From positions 1 to 64,000 of the forward strand of contig CBDCCZ010000040.1 of the NCBI GenBank assembly GCA_965215005.1: a stretch of DNA of 64,000 bases. Reading direction: 5' to 3'. Made by a program: the position numbers and the translations under genes. This DNA is from Kofleriaceae bacterium. Its GTDB lineage: Bacteria; Myxococcota_A; Polyangia; Haliangiales; Haliangiaceae. The notes beneath the pieces are model-generated. The model made no database searches. It was not told the origin of the DNA and saw only the letters and a list, made by a program, of their open reading frames with translations. The stretch's first letter is position 1. Each line of letters begins with the position of its first letter. Of this stretch, positions 8,796 to 18,380 are shown piece after piece.

Positions 8796-11700
8796 AGCCA
8801 AGGATCTCCGTTGCGTTCGCGCTCGATGGAAAAGCGCCTTTGCAGGGCGGCATAGACCTCCTCGGCAAGGGCGTCGACATCGGGCGCTTCGGGCTGAGCG
8901 GCTGATCCCTGCCGCGCTGCGCTTGCAGAGCCCGATGCCTCGCCGCGCGGCGAGGCGGATACGTGACGCGCCGGTGCCGCATTGATGAGAGTCATCTCTG
9001 CGATGGAAATGCCGCCCGTGCTCTCGCTGTCCATGCCCGCAAACATTCGCCGCGCCGCGGACTCGAACCACGAGGGAATTGCGGCCCCCGGAGATGAGCG
9101 CTGGGGGGCCGCGGCGCGCGGTACTGCGCTCGTCGCTACCGCCTCCGCGACCACGCCGGCGCGGCTCGCGCCCGGAGTCACCAGACTGGCCAGTGAGGCA
9201 CCGGCGCCAGCAGCGTCGGCCACTGACCGGCCACTGACCTGTTGCGCTCCTGCATCGGCCGGCGACAGCAAGCTTACAAGCGGCGCCTCTGCACGACGCG
9301 CATTAGCGGAGACGTCACCGGGATGTGCTCGGGGCGGCGCTGCCGTCGCTGAACCCGTATCGGCCGGCGCCACCAATGCCGCGAGCCAGGTCCCCGCTCG
9401 CTCCGCCGCCCCGGACGAGGCGCCGGCAGCGGGACGAAGCGCGGCCGAGGCTTTGACTGCGCTCGCAGTGCCTGAAGCTGCGGCTCGAGGCGTAGCTGCC
9501 GGCGAACGCCGTTCGTCGGCACCCTCGCCCGCGAAAGCCGCGCGTGTGGAGCCGTCCAGCGTGGTCAGCGGAGGAGCCGCAGCGCTACTGCGCGCATCAC
9601 GGCGCATCGCAGGTGCGGCCAATGTTTCACGCGGCGCGCCGGGACCCAGGGCCGGCCGGTGCTCCACGGCGGCAGCGTCATCGTCGAATGCCTCGCCGAG
9701 CGCCAACGGGATGCGCCCGGTTCTCGCCGCCGAGGCGGCGACACTCCACGGCGCTCCCGAGCCCGCATGAGCCGGCTCGGTCGCCGCCGATAACACCGCG
9801 GGCATCACCGCACACGCAGCAGCGGCGCGAACCTGCGCAGCTGACGCACCGGGAGCGAGCTGCTGTGCGAGTGCTAGCGCTTTGGCAGCGCGCACGGCTG
9901 GCGAGAGAGAGCGCCCCGCCGGTGTGGTGGAAAGCTCGAGATAGATGCGCTCGACGACCGGGCGCAGCGCCGTTGACAGAGCGATACTCGCGCCTCCTTG
10001 CCCCGCCTCCGCGCCGTCGGTCAACCGGCTCGTGGGATGGTCTGCGCGGGCAATCGCCGCAATGGAGTCGACGAAGACGGTGGTCCCCATCGGGGGCGAG
10101 ACGCCCGGCGCCGTGGGCGTCTCAGCGCCGATTACGGCGGGCACGGCCAGCGAATGCAGCGCTGCGACGGCGTTGGCAGCTAGGACATCAAGCGCCGCCA
10201 GCGTCAGTGGCCGCTGTGCCTCCGCATCTTCCGCGGCGAGCTCGAACGCTTCGATGGCCGCCGCTGGCCACAGCACGGCTCCTCGTGGCCGCGGCCACCA
10301 CGCCGCAGGCCGCCGCAGCAAAGCCTGGCTCCCGCTGCTTACAATCGGCGCAGCGCGTCCCTCCATGGGCGCATTCGAGCTGCGAACGGTTCCGCCAGCG
10401 ATCGTCCCGACGCTAACAGCGCTCGCCGCGGGCGAGGCTTCGGCCTCCCCCAGAGGGCTTGCTCTTTGCTGGGTCGCGATTCCGGGACCCGCAGATGCCG
10501 CGTCGCGTCCCCCTGCATCTATGAACACAGCCGGGAACGCAGCCGGATTTCCGGCAACACTACGCGCAGACCGCGAGGCTGCTTCCGCGCGCGGGTTGTG
10601 CTCGAGCCGGCGTTGCGATGCGTGACGCCCCGGCGCACCTTCACGCGCGCCGGCGCTAGAGAGCTGCGCAAATGGCGGCTCGAGCCACAAAAACTGCCGA
10701 TCGATGCCGTCTGCCAACGCGGCCAGCAGCGGCTGCCCTCCCAGCGCCAGACGCTGCGCTTGCGCGGCCTCGGCCGGACCGAACCCGAACATTTGGGCAG
10801 CCACCAGCAATTCTGGCACGACGAAATCGAGCGCCAGCGACGATGCGTCGCGCTCCACCGTGTAAGCCCACGATTGCAGCGCCGCACCGAGAGCACCTGG
10901 CCGCGCTCCCGCACCAAAACGACCCCAACCGACCCCCGTTAGGGCGTCTGTGCTGCGTTCTTCGGCCCCTGCGAACATCGCCTGCCGCTGCGCCGGGACG
11001 GCCACCAGCGGCAGCTCGTTCCCCGCGTTTGCCATGGTCGACTCGGAGGACGCAGACTGCACCGGTGCCCGCACTCGGTCTTGCAAACCATTGGCGACGA
11101 GTGGCCCAGAAGCGAATTCAGAAGCTGGCGATGATTTGCGAGGCGTGGCTTCCGGCGCCGCAGCGGGGCGCCCAGAGTCCCCTGCTGCTGCTGGCGAGGG
11201 CGCCGAAGTCAACGGCTCTGCCGGCGTCGTCGCGACGGGCGGCGCGCTTCCTACTAGCGATGCGACGGCAAGCGGCGCGAGCAGCTCAGTCGGTGGAACC
11301 TGCGCGGCAAGTGCCAGCGACGTCGTCGCGCCCCCTGCCGCCCACGCATCACTCGGCATCTCAAACGCGCCGGCGAGGTAGGCCCGCAAAACGCCCTCAC
11401 CGCGGAGACTGCGCATATCGAAGCTCGATGCTCCGCTGAGGGGGCCGAGCATCGCCACGGCCGCGGCCACCGGCGAAGCCGCAAGGGTCGCGCCAATGCC
11501 CGCGTGCACAGCGCCTGGCGCGCCACGAGCCCAGCGATCAGGCCACGACGCGCTGTCGCCCGCGACGGCGGTGGGTGTCCGAGAGGCCGCCGCGCCCGCG
11601 GGCACAGATTCCGTCGAGGTTGGTGCTCGAGATGCAATCGCGGCGACGCGACGCTGAACCGACGCCGCGCCGGCGGAGGCTTGGCCATCGCGGTGCCGTG

Positions 11701-12871
11701 GACTGTCCCCTCGCCGCGGCACCGCCGCTCTCGCAATGGCGGCAAACACCTCATCGGACACGACGGCATCATCCGCGAGCCTGAGCACCGTCTGTGCTTG
11801 CCGCCCCCCAGTCTCACCGGGCGGGCTGGTCGCGGGGGCTTGCGGAAGCAACGGCCCCGCGGCCCGCGGCGCCGCAGCAGGGCCGCGCGCGTCGTCGCTC
11901 GCGCCGCTGTAAGCCTCGACATAGACGCCTTTAGGAGCAAGCTTGGCCACCGGCTTCGTCGCAGCAGCGACGACATCTAGCGCCGCCAAGGACGCCGCCG
12001 ACGCTCCCGAGAACCGCGCCAGCCAGCGGTCGCTCCACTCCAGATGAAGGACGGCTGCGGGCGGGCGCGCGCTCACCGCCGCCAACGCGGTCTGCGCGTG
12101 CGCCCGAGGCGTGGCGGTTTGCAGCTTTCGATCGTTTCGGCCAGCGTGCGCCACCTCCGCGAGCAGCGCCCCTATCGCAGCCGGCATCGCAAGCGTCGGT
12201 CCTGAAAACGACGCGCCTCGACCGCTTGCGACGGCGCCGCTGAGGTGACGATGCTCAAAGCCTCGACTAGGAGCCCCCGCCGGCGATTGCCGCGGTGCTA
12301 GAACCGCGCCCTGAAGCACTCGTTGCGAGGGTGTTGGACGCAGCTGGCGACCCTCCGGCGAGGATGCCGGAGCAGCCGATGCTCCACCGCGCACAGCCGA
12401 AGAGGAAGCCAGTGATGGTCGCGGGCGAAACGTGGGCACCGGGTGCGGCTCTCGTGCAGGCGCCGAAGGAGCCAGCCAATGCAGCGGCAGCTCACGCGCG
12501 GCCGCGGGCCGCTCCGAATCGGTCGGGTCGTGCCGAGCAGCGACGACCCACGCCAGCTCGTCGGCAAACGCCGGCAATGGGAACACCCAACTCAGCTCTT
12601 GGTCCAGGCTGGCATTGGGGGCCGCTCCCGACGCGCGCCCCGCCGCAGCGAAGACCGCCAAGAGCCGTTGGTCTGCGTACGCGAGCGCCGCCAGCCCACG
12701 GCTACGCCCGAGGTCGCCACCATCTTCCGGTGCCCAGCGGGCCACGTGCGCATCACCGCTAGCCAGAGCGTTCAGCCCAACGAAGCCGATCGCTGGCGCC
12801 TGCCCTGCCGCCACCACGTCGACCACTCGGGTATCCCGCGCGCCGCCGAGGTCCTCGCCACTCATACCCAC
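8792..12871 (-). CDS. large Ala/Pro-rich eCIS protein (tape-measure-like or cargo candidate)
   Basis: 1359-aa uninterrupted ORF between tube and tube initiator, abutting both. C-terminal DVDALAEEVYAALQRRFSIERER resembles tails seen at this position in CIS loci. Confidence 0.7.
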   Translation of the reverse strand: MGMSGEDLGGARDTRVVDVVAAGQAPAIGFVGLNALASGDAHVARWAPEDGGDLGRSRGLAALAYADQRLLAVFAAAGRASGAAPNASLDQELSWVFPLPAFADELAWVVAARHDPTDSERPAAARELPLHWLAPSAPAREPHPVPTFRPRPSLASSSAVRGGASAAPASSPEGRQLRPTPSQRVLQGAVLAPRQSPAGAPSRGFEHRHLSGAVASGRGASFSGPTLAMPAAIGALLAEVAHAGRNDRKLQTATPRAHAQTALAAVSARPPAAVLHLEWSDRWLARFSGASAASLAALDVVAAATKPVAKLAPKGVYVEAYSGASDDARGPAAAPRAAGPLLPQAPATSPPGETGGRQAQTVLRLADDAVVSDEVFAAIARAAVPRRGDSPRHRDGQASAGAASVQRRVAAIASRAPTSTESVPAGAAASRTPTAVAGDSASWPDRWARGAPGAVHAGIGATLAASPVAAAVAMLGPLSGASSFDMRSLRGEGVLRAYLAGAFEMPSDAWAAGGATTSLALAAQVPPTELLAPLAVASLVGSAPPVATTPAEPLTSAPSPAAAGDSGRPAAAPEATPRKSSPASEFASGPLVANGLQDRVRAPVQSASSESTMANAGNELPLVAVPAQRQAMFAGAEERSTDALTGVGWGRFGAGARPGALGAALQSWAYTVERDASSLALDFVVPELLVAAQMFGFGPAEAAQAQRLALGGQPLLAALADGIDRQFLWLEPPFAQLSSAGAREGAPGRHASQRRLEHNPRAEAASRSARSVAGNPAAFPAVFIDAGGRDAASAGPGIATQQRASPLGEAEASPAASAVSVGTIAGGTVRSSNAPMEGRAAPIVSSGSQALLRRPAAWWPRPRGAVLWPAAAIEAFELAAEDAEAQRPLTLAALDVLAANAVAALHSLAVPAVIGAETPTAPGVSPPMGTTVFVDSIAAIARADHPTSRLTDGAEAGQGGASIALSTALRPVVERIYLELSTTPAGRSLSPAVRAAKALALAQQLAPGASAAQVRAAAACAVMPAVLSAATEPAHAGSGAPWSVAASAARTGRIPLALGEAFDDDAAAVEHRPALGPGAPRETLAAPAMRRDARSSAAAPPLTTLDGSTRAAFAGEGADERRSPAATPRAAASGTASAVKASAALRPAAGASSGAAERAGTWLAALVAPADTGSATAAPPRAHPGDVSANARRAEAPLVSLLSPADAGAQQVSGRSVADAAGAGASLASLVTPGASRAGVVAEAVATSAVPRAAAPQRSSPGAAIPSWFESAARRMFAGMDSESTGGISIAEMTLINAAPARHVSASPRGEASGSASAARQGSAAQPEAPDVDALAEEVYAALQRRFSIERERNGDPWL

Positions 12872-13351
12872 TCAGCTTCCCGCCACGGAGAACACGAGTC
12901 CCTCATGGGCTATCTCGAGGGTCTCGATCGCCAGCTCGCTCTTCGAGGCGTCATACTCGGGCCCCTCCCATTTGCACGGCCACGCCCGCTCGAACTTCCA
13001 CGTGCACACCGCTTGATAGCGCGAGTCGAGCTGCGCGATGACTCCGTTGGCACGTTCCAGCCGTGCGTTTGGACTGTCGTTTAGCCACGCTTCGCGCCAC
13101 CGCAACAGCTCGTACGACTTCGTAAACCCGCGCTTGAGCACCAGATTTGGCCATTTGGTGGCGCCTACGAGCTTGCGCGTCGTCCAGTTGACTCCGCCCT
13201 CGCGGTAGTCCACCACTTCGGTCTCATAGCTCAGTCCGCTTACGCTCTTGAAGAATGCGCGCGAGCCCTCGACACCGATCGAAATCGTCACCGAGAAGCA
13301 GAACGCCCCGAATGGATCAAGTCTCTCAACGGTGGTGTTGGAAGCTGCCAT
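12872..13351 (-). CDS. T4 gp19-like tail tube protein (Afp1/5)
   Basis: DPFGAFCF..FKSVSGL..YREGG..KWPNLVLKRG..WKFERAWPCKWEGP..AIETLEIAHEG. Confidence 0.95.
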   Translation of the reverse strand: MAASNTTVERLDPFGAFCFSVTISIGVEGSRAFFKSVSGLSYETEVVDYREGGVNWTTRKLVGATKWPNLVLKRGFTKSYELLRWREAWLNDSPNARLERANGVIAQLDSRYQAVCTWKFERAWPCKWEGPEYDASKSELAIETLEIAHEGLVFSVAGS

Positions 13352-13437
13352 GTTCTAGCCCCTCCCTGGCGCTGCTTCGGCGCCTGCGTGGCAGTTTCGG
13401 CCGATGCCGCCGGCTGCCCTCGGTCGTGAACGGCGGT

Positions 13438-15198
13438 TCATAGCTCCGCTCCGGCCATGGTCTGGATGATGTCGATGATCATGAACTCGGTAGGCACCAC
13501 CGGAGCGACACCGATATGGCAAAGCAGGCGGCCCGCCTCGATCTCCTCAGGTGCATTGGTTTCCGCATCGCATTTTACGTAGAATGCCTCGGCGGCATTC
13601 CCTCCGGCGAACATTCCCTTTTGAAACAGCTCGCCGAGAAACGATGCCACCTCGGTCTGGACGGCGGTCCAAGTCGCCGGATGGTGCGGTTCAAACGCGA
13701 CCCACGCCAGTCCCTCCTCAATGCTCCGCCGCAACATGATGAAGAGACGCCGAACATTGACGTATCGCCATGAGGGGTCGGATGAGGCGGTGCGGGCGCC
13801 CCACGGCCGAATCCCCCGCTGAACGCGAAAGCTGTTGATGCCTTCGGCGTTAAGAGCTCCGAGATCATCTTCCGTGATGCGCAGGCTGAGGTCTGCGGCG
13901 CCTGCAACGGGGACGTTTGCGGGCGGATAATGCACCCCACCGGCGCTCTCTTGATGCGCATAGATCCCTGCCATCAGCCCCGACGGTGGTAGCTCGCGCG
14001 TTCCGTGCGGAGTAGCGATGTCGATCCAGGGCCAGTAGTACGCGGCGTGAGAGGAGTCGGTGCGACGACGCCACCGCTTCACCTGCTCGACGTCGCGCGT
14101 GCGCGGGCAGTCGAGCAGAGCGAAGCGATCCTTACGAAGCTCGCAATCCTCGACCAGCGCGTCTTGCACCCGCTGCGCCTTCGCCTCCCCCGCCGGCCCA
14201 GGCTCCCGCTCAGCGAATAACATCGCGTCTGGGCAAGCAAGAAGCGCCACCTCATCCACGACTTGCAGCGCCATCAGTCCCCATCGTGCGGCAGGTCCGA
14301 GGTCTTCCCCGATGACATCGCGCGGACTGAGCGCCTCGCTGCCGTCGCGCCCATCCGCCAACTTACTGAGCGGCTCCGCCGCGGCAAGACCGTGCGGAAT
14401 CGGGGACGGGCTCTGCAGATCGTCGAGTCGGATGAGGCGCGAGCGCGCCTCGATCACCCGCGGGGCATACTGGCGGGACGACGGATGCATCTGGAGACGC
14501 TTGAAGACCTCCCGGCGATCCTTGAGAACCGCGTGCAGCTCGAGCTCCAACACCTCCGCTTGCGACGGGGCGGCCGCGAAGTGTTGGCGGTTCACCGGAG
14601 TTCGATGGCTGAAGCCCAACCGCTTGGCGGCATCATCGACTTCGGTGAGAATGACGAAATCGTCGTGCTCGCGATCGAAGATGCGCACCAATGAGCCGAC
14701 TTCGAATCCACGCGTCGAAGCAACGTAGGCCTCCCCTGCTCCCACCTCTAGATCCCGCGTAAGCAATGTCGACGCACCGCGGGCATGAGAGCAGCGCACC
14801 CAGACATCATTGCCCCAGCGACCCTCGCTCTGCGCGCGCACCCGCAGCGCCGGCTTCTGCCAGTCATCGAGCAGGATTCGCTCCGCACACGCGGCGTGAG
14901 CCTCGGCCCTCGGCTCCTCGCCTCGCGGCGAATGCGCGACGCGGACGATGACAGCCGACCGTCCGCCATTGCGAAAGAACGTCTCAACGGTGTCGGAGAG
15001 ATAGTGATTGCGCTCGTAGCCAAATATCTCCACGTACTCGTCCCAGTGGCCAATGCGCGTCGGGACGTCCATGGGGCCTTTCTGGGCAATTCCGATGAAT
15101 CCAACCGTGCGCGTGTCCGCCATCGACAATGGCCGGCGCCTCGGCGCCGGAATTGCCGGATAGATTCCAGGTGGCTTTAGATCTGTGGTCGATCGCAT
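13438..15198 (-). CDS. contractile tail sheath protein 2
   Basis: PGIY..GFIGIAQKGP..DRFALLD..AYYWPWI..PPSG..PAN..WGART..WRYVNVRRLF..FEP..FYVKCDAETN. Confidence 0.95.
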   Translation of the reverse strand: MRSTTDLKPPGIYPAIPAPRRRPLSMADTRTVGFIGIAQKGPMDVPTRIGHWDEYVEIFGYERNHYLSDTVETFFRNGGRSAVIVRVAHSPRGEEPRAEAHAACAERILLDDWQKPALRVRAQSEGRWGNDVWVRCSHARGASTLLTRDLEVGAGEAYVASTRGFEVGSLVRIFDREHDDFVILTEVDDAAKRLGFSHRTPVNRQHFAAAPSQAEVLELELHAVLKDRREVFKRLQMHPSSRQYAPRVIEARSRLIRLDDLQSPSPIPHGLAAAEPLSKLADGRDGSEALSPRDVIGEDLGPAARWGLMALQVVDEVALLACPDAMLFAEREPGPAGEAKAQRVQDALVEDCELRKDRFALLDCPRTRDVEQVKRWRRRTDSSHAAYYWPWIDIATPHGTRELPPSGLMAGIYAHQESAGGVHYPPANVPVAGAADLSLRITEDDLGALNAEGINSFRVQRGIRPWGARTASSDPSWRYVNVRRLFIMLRRSIEEGLAWVAFEPHHPATWTAVQTEVASFLGELFQKGMFAGGNAAEAFYVKCDAETNAPEEIEAGRLLCHIGVAPVVPTEFMIIDIIQTMAGAEL

Positions 15199-15344
15199 TG
15201 GCAGCTAAACCAGATTTTCGAGAAGCGAGCATGCCTGCCCGAGACTCTGCAAAGCGTCGGGCAAGCGCAACTCTTTGCGATTGCCCGTTCTTGAACGCTT
15301 CGTCATCGCGTCGCTAGCGCCGTCATCTAACGAGAGGAGCGCGT

Positions 15345-15530
15345 TCACCGTTTGTTCCGGGCCGCATTGATTTCGCGATTGATATTCGCGATCTCTCGCA
15401 GCCACGTGTGACGCTCCTGATGTTCCATCTCGAGGATGTCGTCGAGCGGCCAGTGGAAATGATAGGCGATATACGCAACCTCTTGGTAAAGCTGCTCCTT
15501 GGGATATAGGGCGACCGACCACCGATTCAC
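15345..15530 (-). CDS. DUF6760 family small protein (GT-like partner of tail chaperone)
   Basis: YPKEQLYQEVAYIAYHFHWPLDDILEMEHQERHTWLREIANIN; start uncertain. Confidence 0.85.
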   Translation of the reverse strand: MNRWSVALYPKEQLYQEVAYIAYHFHWPLDDILEMEHQERHTWLREIANINREINAARNKR

Positions 15531-15937
15531 CCCCGGCCTGGGCGGCCGGTTCCCCCTTTCTCGGTCGCGCCGATAGGCTGCCCCGTCGCCATCTCGATAT
15601 CGAACTCGTGATTGCACGCGGGACACGCCAAATGATGGTGCGCGGCGCCTTCCTCGTTGATTCGGCGATAGAATTCCTGCAGATAAGCGAGGTCCGTGGA
15701 GAAAAGGTTCTCGATCTCGGCCACGCTCACCACCGGCAGCTCGCCGAGCTTGGTGATGACCCGCGAAAGCAGGACGATAACCAGATACGCGCGGTTGGAT
15801 TGCACGCGGTAATCCTGCAACGGGATGATCTCGTCGCGAGCCGTCGCCAGCCGCATGATGCCCTCGCGGTGCACCTTGCCCTCTTTGTCGACATAGCCGC
15901 GCGGCAGGGTAAATGGGAATTCAGTTCGAAAGGCCAT
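15527..15937 (-). CDS. CIS tail assembly chaperone
   Basis: TEFPFTLPRGYVD.EGKVHREGIMRLATARDEI..LLSRVITKLG..LFSTDLAYLQEFYRRIN, with C-terminal CPAC. Confidence 0.9.
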   Translation of the reverse strand: MAFRTEFPFTLPRGYVDKEGKVHREGIMRLATARDEIIPLQDYRVQSNRAYLVIVLLSRVITKLGELPVVSVAEIENLFSTDLAYLQEFYRRINEEGAAHHHLACPACNHEFDIEMATGQPIGATEKGGTGRPGRG

Positions 15938-16026
15938 GGCTCCTCGGTTCACAGGGAGAAGATGCCCACCGCCGAGTACGACGGCGGGCGGTAAGACTAT
16001 ATCCTCGGCCCCGTGCTGCCCTGCGC

Positions 16027-16950
16027 TCAGGCGGCGCTGAAGCCACCGCTGGTCTCTAGATCGACGTCCGTCACGAAGAACTTGGCGGTCATCTTCATGA
16101 GGTCGGTCTTATTGGCCTCGCGATCCGCGAAGCTGATCTCGGTGAGGCCGCAACCGATGAAATCTACGGTTGCCACCGTCTGGAAATCTGGTGTCTGGTA
16201 ATCGAGCTGGATATCCAAGTTGTGGCTCGACTTGTAATTGGCGCCTTGCTGAATGTAGGCGTCATAGGTCTCCATCCACTTTTTGGCGTCCTTGTAGTTG
16301 ATGAACATGTCGACAGACAATTCGCCGATCTTCAGCGCCGCGGCGTAGACGTTGGGATCGCGCCTATTTCCGACTTGCTCGATCGCGGTCTCAACCTCGA
16401 TGCTCGGCGGCGTGACTGCAGTGACCGTTCCCGTCGGCAAATCGCCTATGCGAATGTCGAAGTTCGCCAAGACGAACTGCTTGACCTTGTCGTCGTTGGC
16501 TTCCCAACTGAGTTGCGAAGACCCGTCGCCATCCGAATATCGAGTGTAGGTAGGCTGCAGCTCGAACTCGATCTCGCCGGGATTGTCGGCGGCCGCGTCG
16601 ACCTTGGGCAGAGTGATCTTCTTGCAGATGGCGGAAAAGAAGTCGATGCGGTGCTGAATCTTTCCGTCGTAGGTCGCATAGATGCCGGCGCCGTCGATAC
16701 GAGCTTTCTCCGACGCTTGCCGCATGTTCTGCCACATCTGGTCGAAGATGAACTTCGACATGCCGATGCCGAACTTCATGCTGACCGGATTGTACTCAAC
16801 GTTGCCGATTTGCTTGGCTCGCACCAGGCTGGGCCCCAGGTTGTGCTCGATGACCTTGGCTTTCGCCAAGCCACCCTTGAAAGAGCTACAAAAACCCACG
16901 TTGATTCCGTCGAGCTCGACAGCGAAGCGCGGCGCAAACGACTGAGACAT
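16027..16950 (-). CDS. tandem two-domain tail tube protein
   Basis: 307 aa, directly after the sheath. Two ~150-aa gp19-like halves (RFAVELDG..KQIGNVEY..LPKVDAA..IEFELQP and NFDIRIG..EISF..KMTAKF). Confidence 0.7.
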   Translation of the reverse strand: MSQSFAPRFAVELDGINVGFCSSFKGGLAKAKVIEHNLGPSLVRAKQIGNVEYNPVSMKFGIGMSKFIFDQMWQNMRQASEKARIDGAGIYATYDGKIQHRIDFFSAICKKITLPKVDAAADNPGEIEFELQPTYTRYSDGDGSSQLSWEANDDKVKQFVLANFDIRIGDLPTGTVTAVTPPSIEVETAIEQVGNRRDPNVYAAALKIGELSVDMFINYKDAKKWMETYDAYIQQGANYKSSHNLDIQLDYQTPDFQTVATVDFIGCGLTEISFADREANKTDLMKMTAKFFVTDVDLETSGGFSAA

Positions 16951-17060
16951 GTGATTTCTCCCTTGTGTCCTCTCGAGGACCGCCTAAAACAGGCACAGTG
17001 CTACCGAGCACGACGAATGCCGTGCATTCATGAGCGCGCGCCGAATATGGATACGCGCTC

Positions 17061-17092
17061 GAGGAGCCCAACCTTCCCCGGCGGGGCTCCTC
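17061..17092. terminator. hairpin between sheath 1 and tandem tube
   Basis: GAGGAGCCC-N14-GGGCTCCTC inverted repeat; no clear U-tract. Confidence 0.4.
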
Positions 17093-17106
17093 GATGAAAG
17101 CCCCAG

Positions 17107-18312
17107 CTACTCTTCCACGCCTCCGCCCGACGGCATCTGGCCGATGCGAAAGATGACGAACTCAGCCGGCTTCACGGGAGCTAAACCGACCTCCACGACG
17201 AGCTGTCCGGCGTCGACCACTTCCGGCGGATTGGTCTCGGCGTCGCACTTCACGTAAAACGCCTGATCCGGCTGCGTGCCCATCAGCGCGCCATTGCGCC
17301 AGAGCAAGGTGAGGAAGGAGGAGACCGTCCGCGTGACCCGCTTCCAGAGCCGATGATCGTTGGGCTCGAACACCACCCACTGCGTGGCGCGCTCGATCGA
17401 GGACTCGACCATGATGAAGAGCCGGCGAACGTTGATGTACTTCCACGACGGGTCGGAGGACAGCGTGCGGGCGCCCCAAATTCGTATGCCGCCGTTGAGG
17501 TTACGGATCGCGTTGATCCCCTTGGGATTGAGCAGATCCTGCTCGCCTTTGGAGATGTTGTACTTGAGGCCGAGGGCGCCGCGGACCAGCTCGTTGGCAG
17601 GCGCTTTGTGCACCCCGCGCTCGCTGTCCACGCGCGAATAAACCCCGGCGATGTGCCCCGAGGGCGGCACGAAGATATTGCCTAGCTCCGGGTCATAGAC
17701 CTGGATCCAAGGAAAGTAATACGCGCCGTATTTCGAGTCGCGCGGCTTCGGCAGTCTATCGACGCCGCCGGTGATCGTTTCCGGCGCATCGAGCACGGCG
17801 AAGCGATCCTTGCGCGTCTCACAATGCGACAGCACCGCGTCCTGAACCGCCGGAGACGTCTGTCCAGGTGCTACGACAATGGCGATCTCGTCGACTTCTT
17901 CGAAGCATTTCAGCCCGCTGCGGGCGCCGGGACCACCATCGCGGCCGATGTAGAGGCCATCACGGTCGCCAGACGAGGGCTTCGGAGACAATTTGGCTTT
18001 GTCATCCTTCTTCTCGCCACTGGCGGGCTCGAGACCTTCCGCAGGTGCACCGACGTTGACGACGAAGCAGCGCGATCCACCATTGTTGAAGAACCCGTAG
18101 ACGGCGTGCGCAAGGTGCGTGGAGCACTCTTTGAAGTCGCCAAAGGTCTTCACGAACTGCGACCAGTTGGTAACCAGCACGGCTTCATTTTGTGGTCCCT
18201 TCGACGACTCGCCGAGGAAACCGACCGTGTTGGTACCGACCGCCGCGATCGGCTTCGAACCCCGATCGACCTCTTCGACGTACACGCCCGGGGACAGGTA
18301 ACTGGTCGCCAT
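17107..18312 (-). CDS. contractile tail sheath protein 1
   Basis: YLSPGVYVEEV..DRFAVLDAP..YFPWI..PPSGHIAGVY..GVHKAPANE..WGARTL..VRRLF..PVKPAEFVIFRI. Confidence 0.97.
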   Translation of the reverse strand: MATSYLSPGVYVEEVDRGSKPIAAVGTNTVGFLGESSKGPQNEAVLVTNWSQFVKTFGDFKECSTHLAHAVYGFFNNGGSRCFVVNVGAPAEGLEPASGEKKDDKAKLSPKPSSGDRDGLYIGRDGGPGARSGLKCFEEVDEIAIVVAPGQTSPAVQDAVLSHCETRKDRFAVLDAPETITGGVDRLPKPRDSKYGAYYFPWIQVYDPELGNIFVPPSGHIAGVYSRVDSERGVHKAPANELVRGALGLKYNISKGEQDLLNPKGINAIRNLNGGIRIWGARTLSSDPSWKYINVRRLFIMVESSIERATQWVVFEPNDHRLWKRVTRTVSSFLTLLWRNGALMGTQPDQAFYVKCDAETNPPEVVDAGQLVVEVGLAPVKPAEFVIFRIGQMPSGGGVEE

Positions 18313-18380
18313 CCGATTCTCCTTCTCTCTCAAATACGCTGTGCGGCGAAATGCCGCGTTAGAGCTCGACCTGCGAACAC

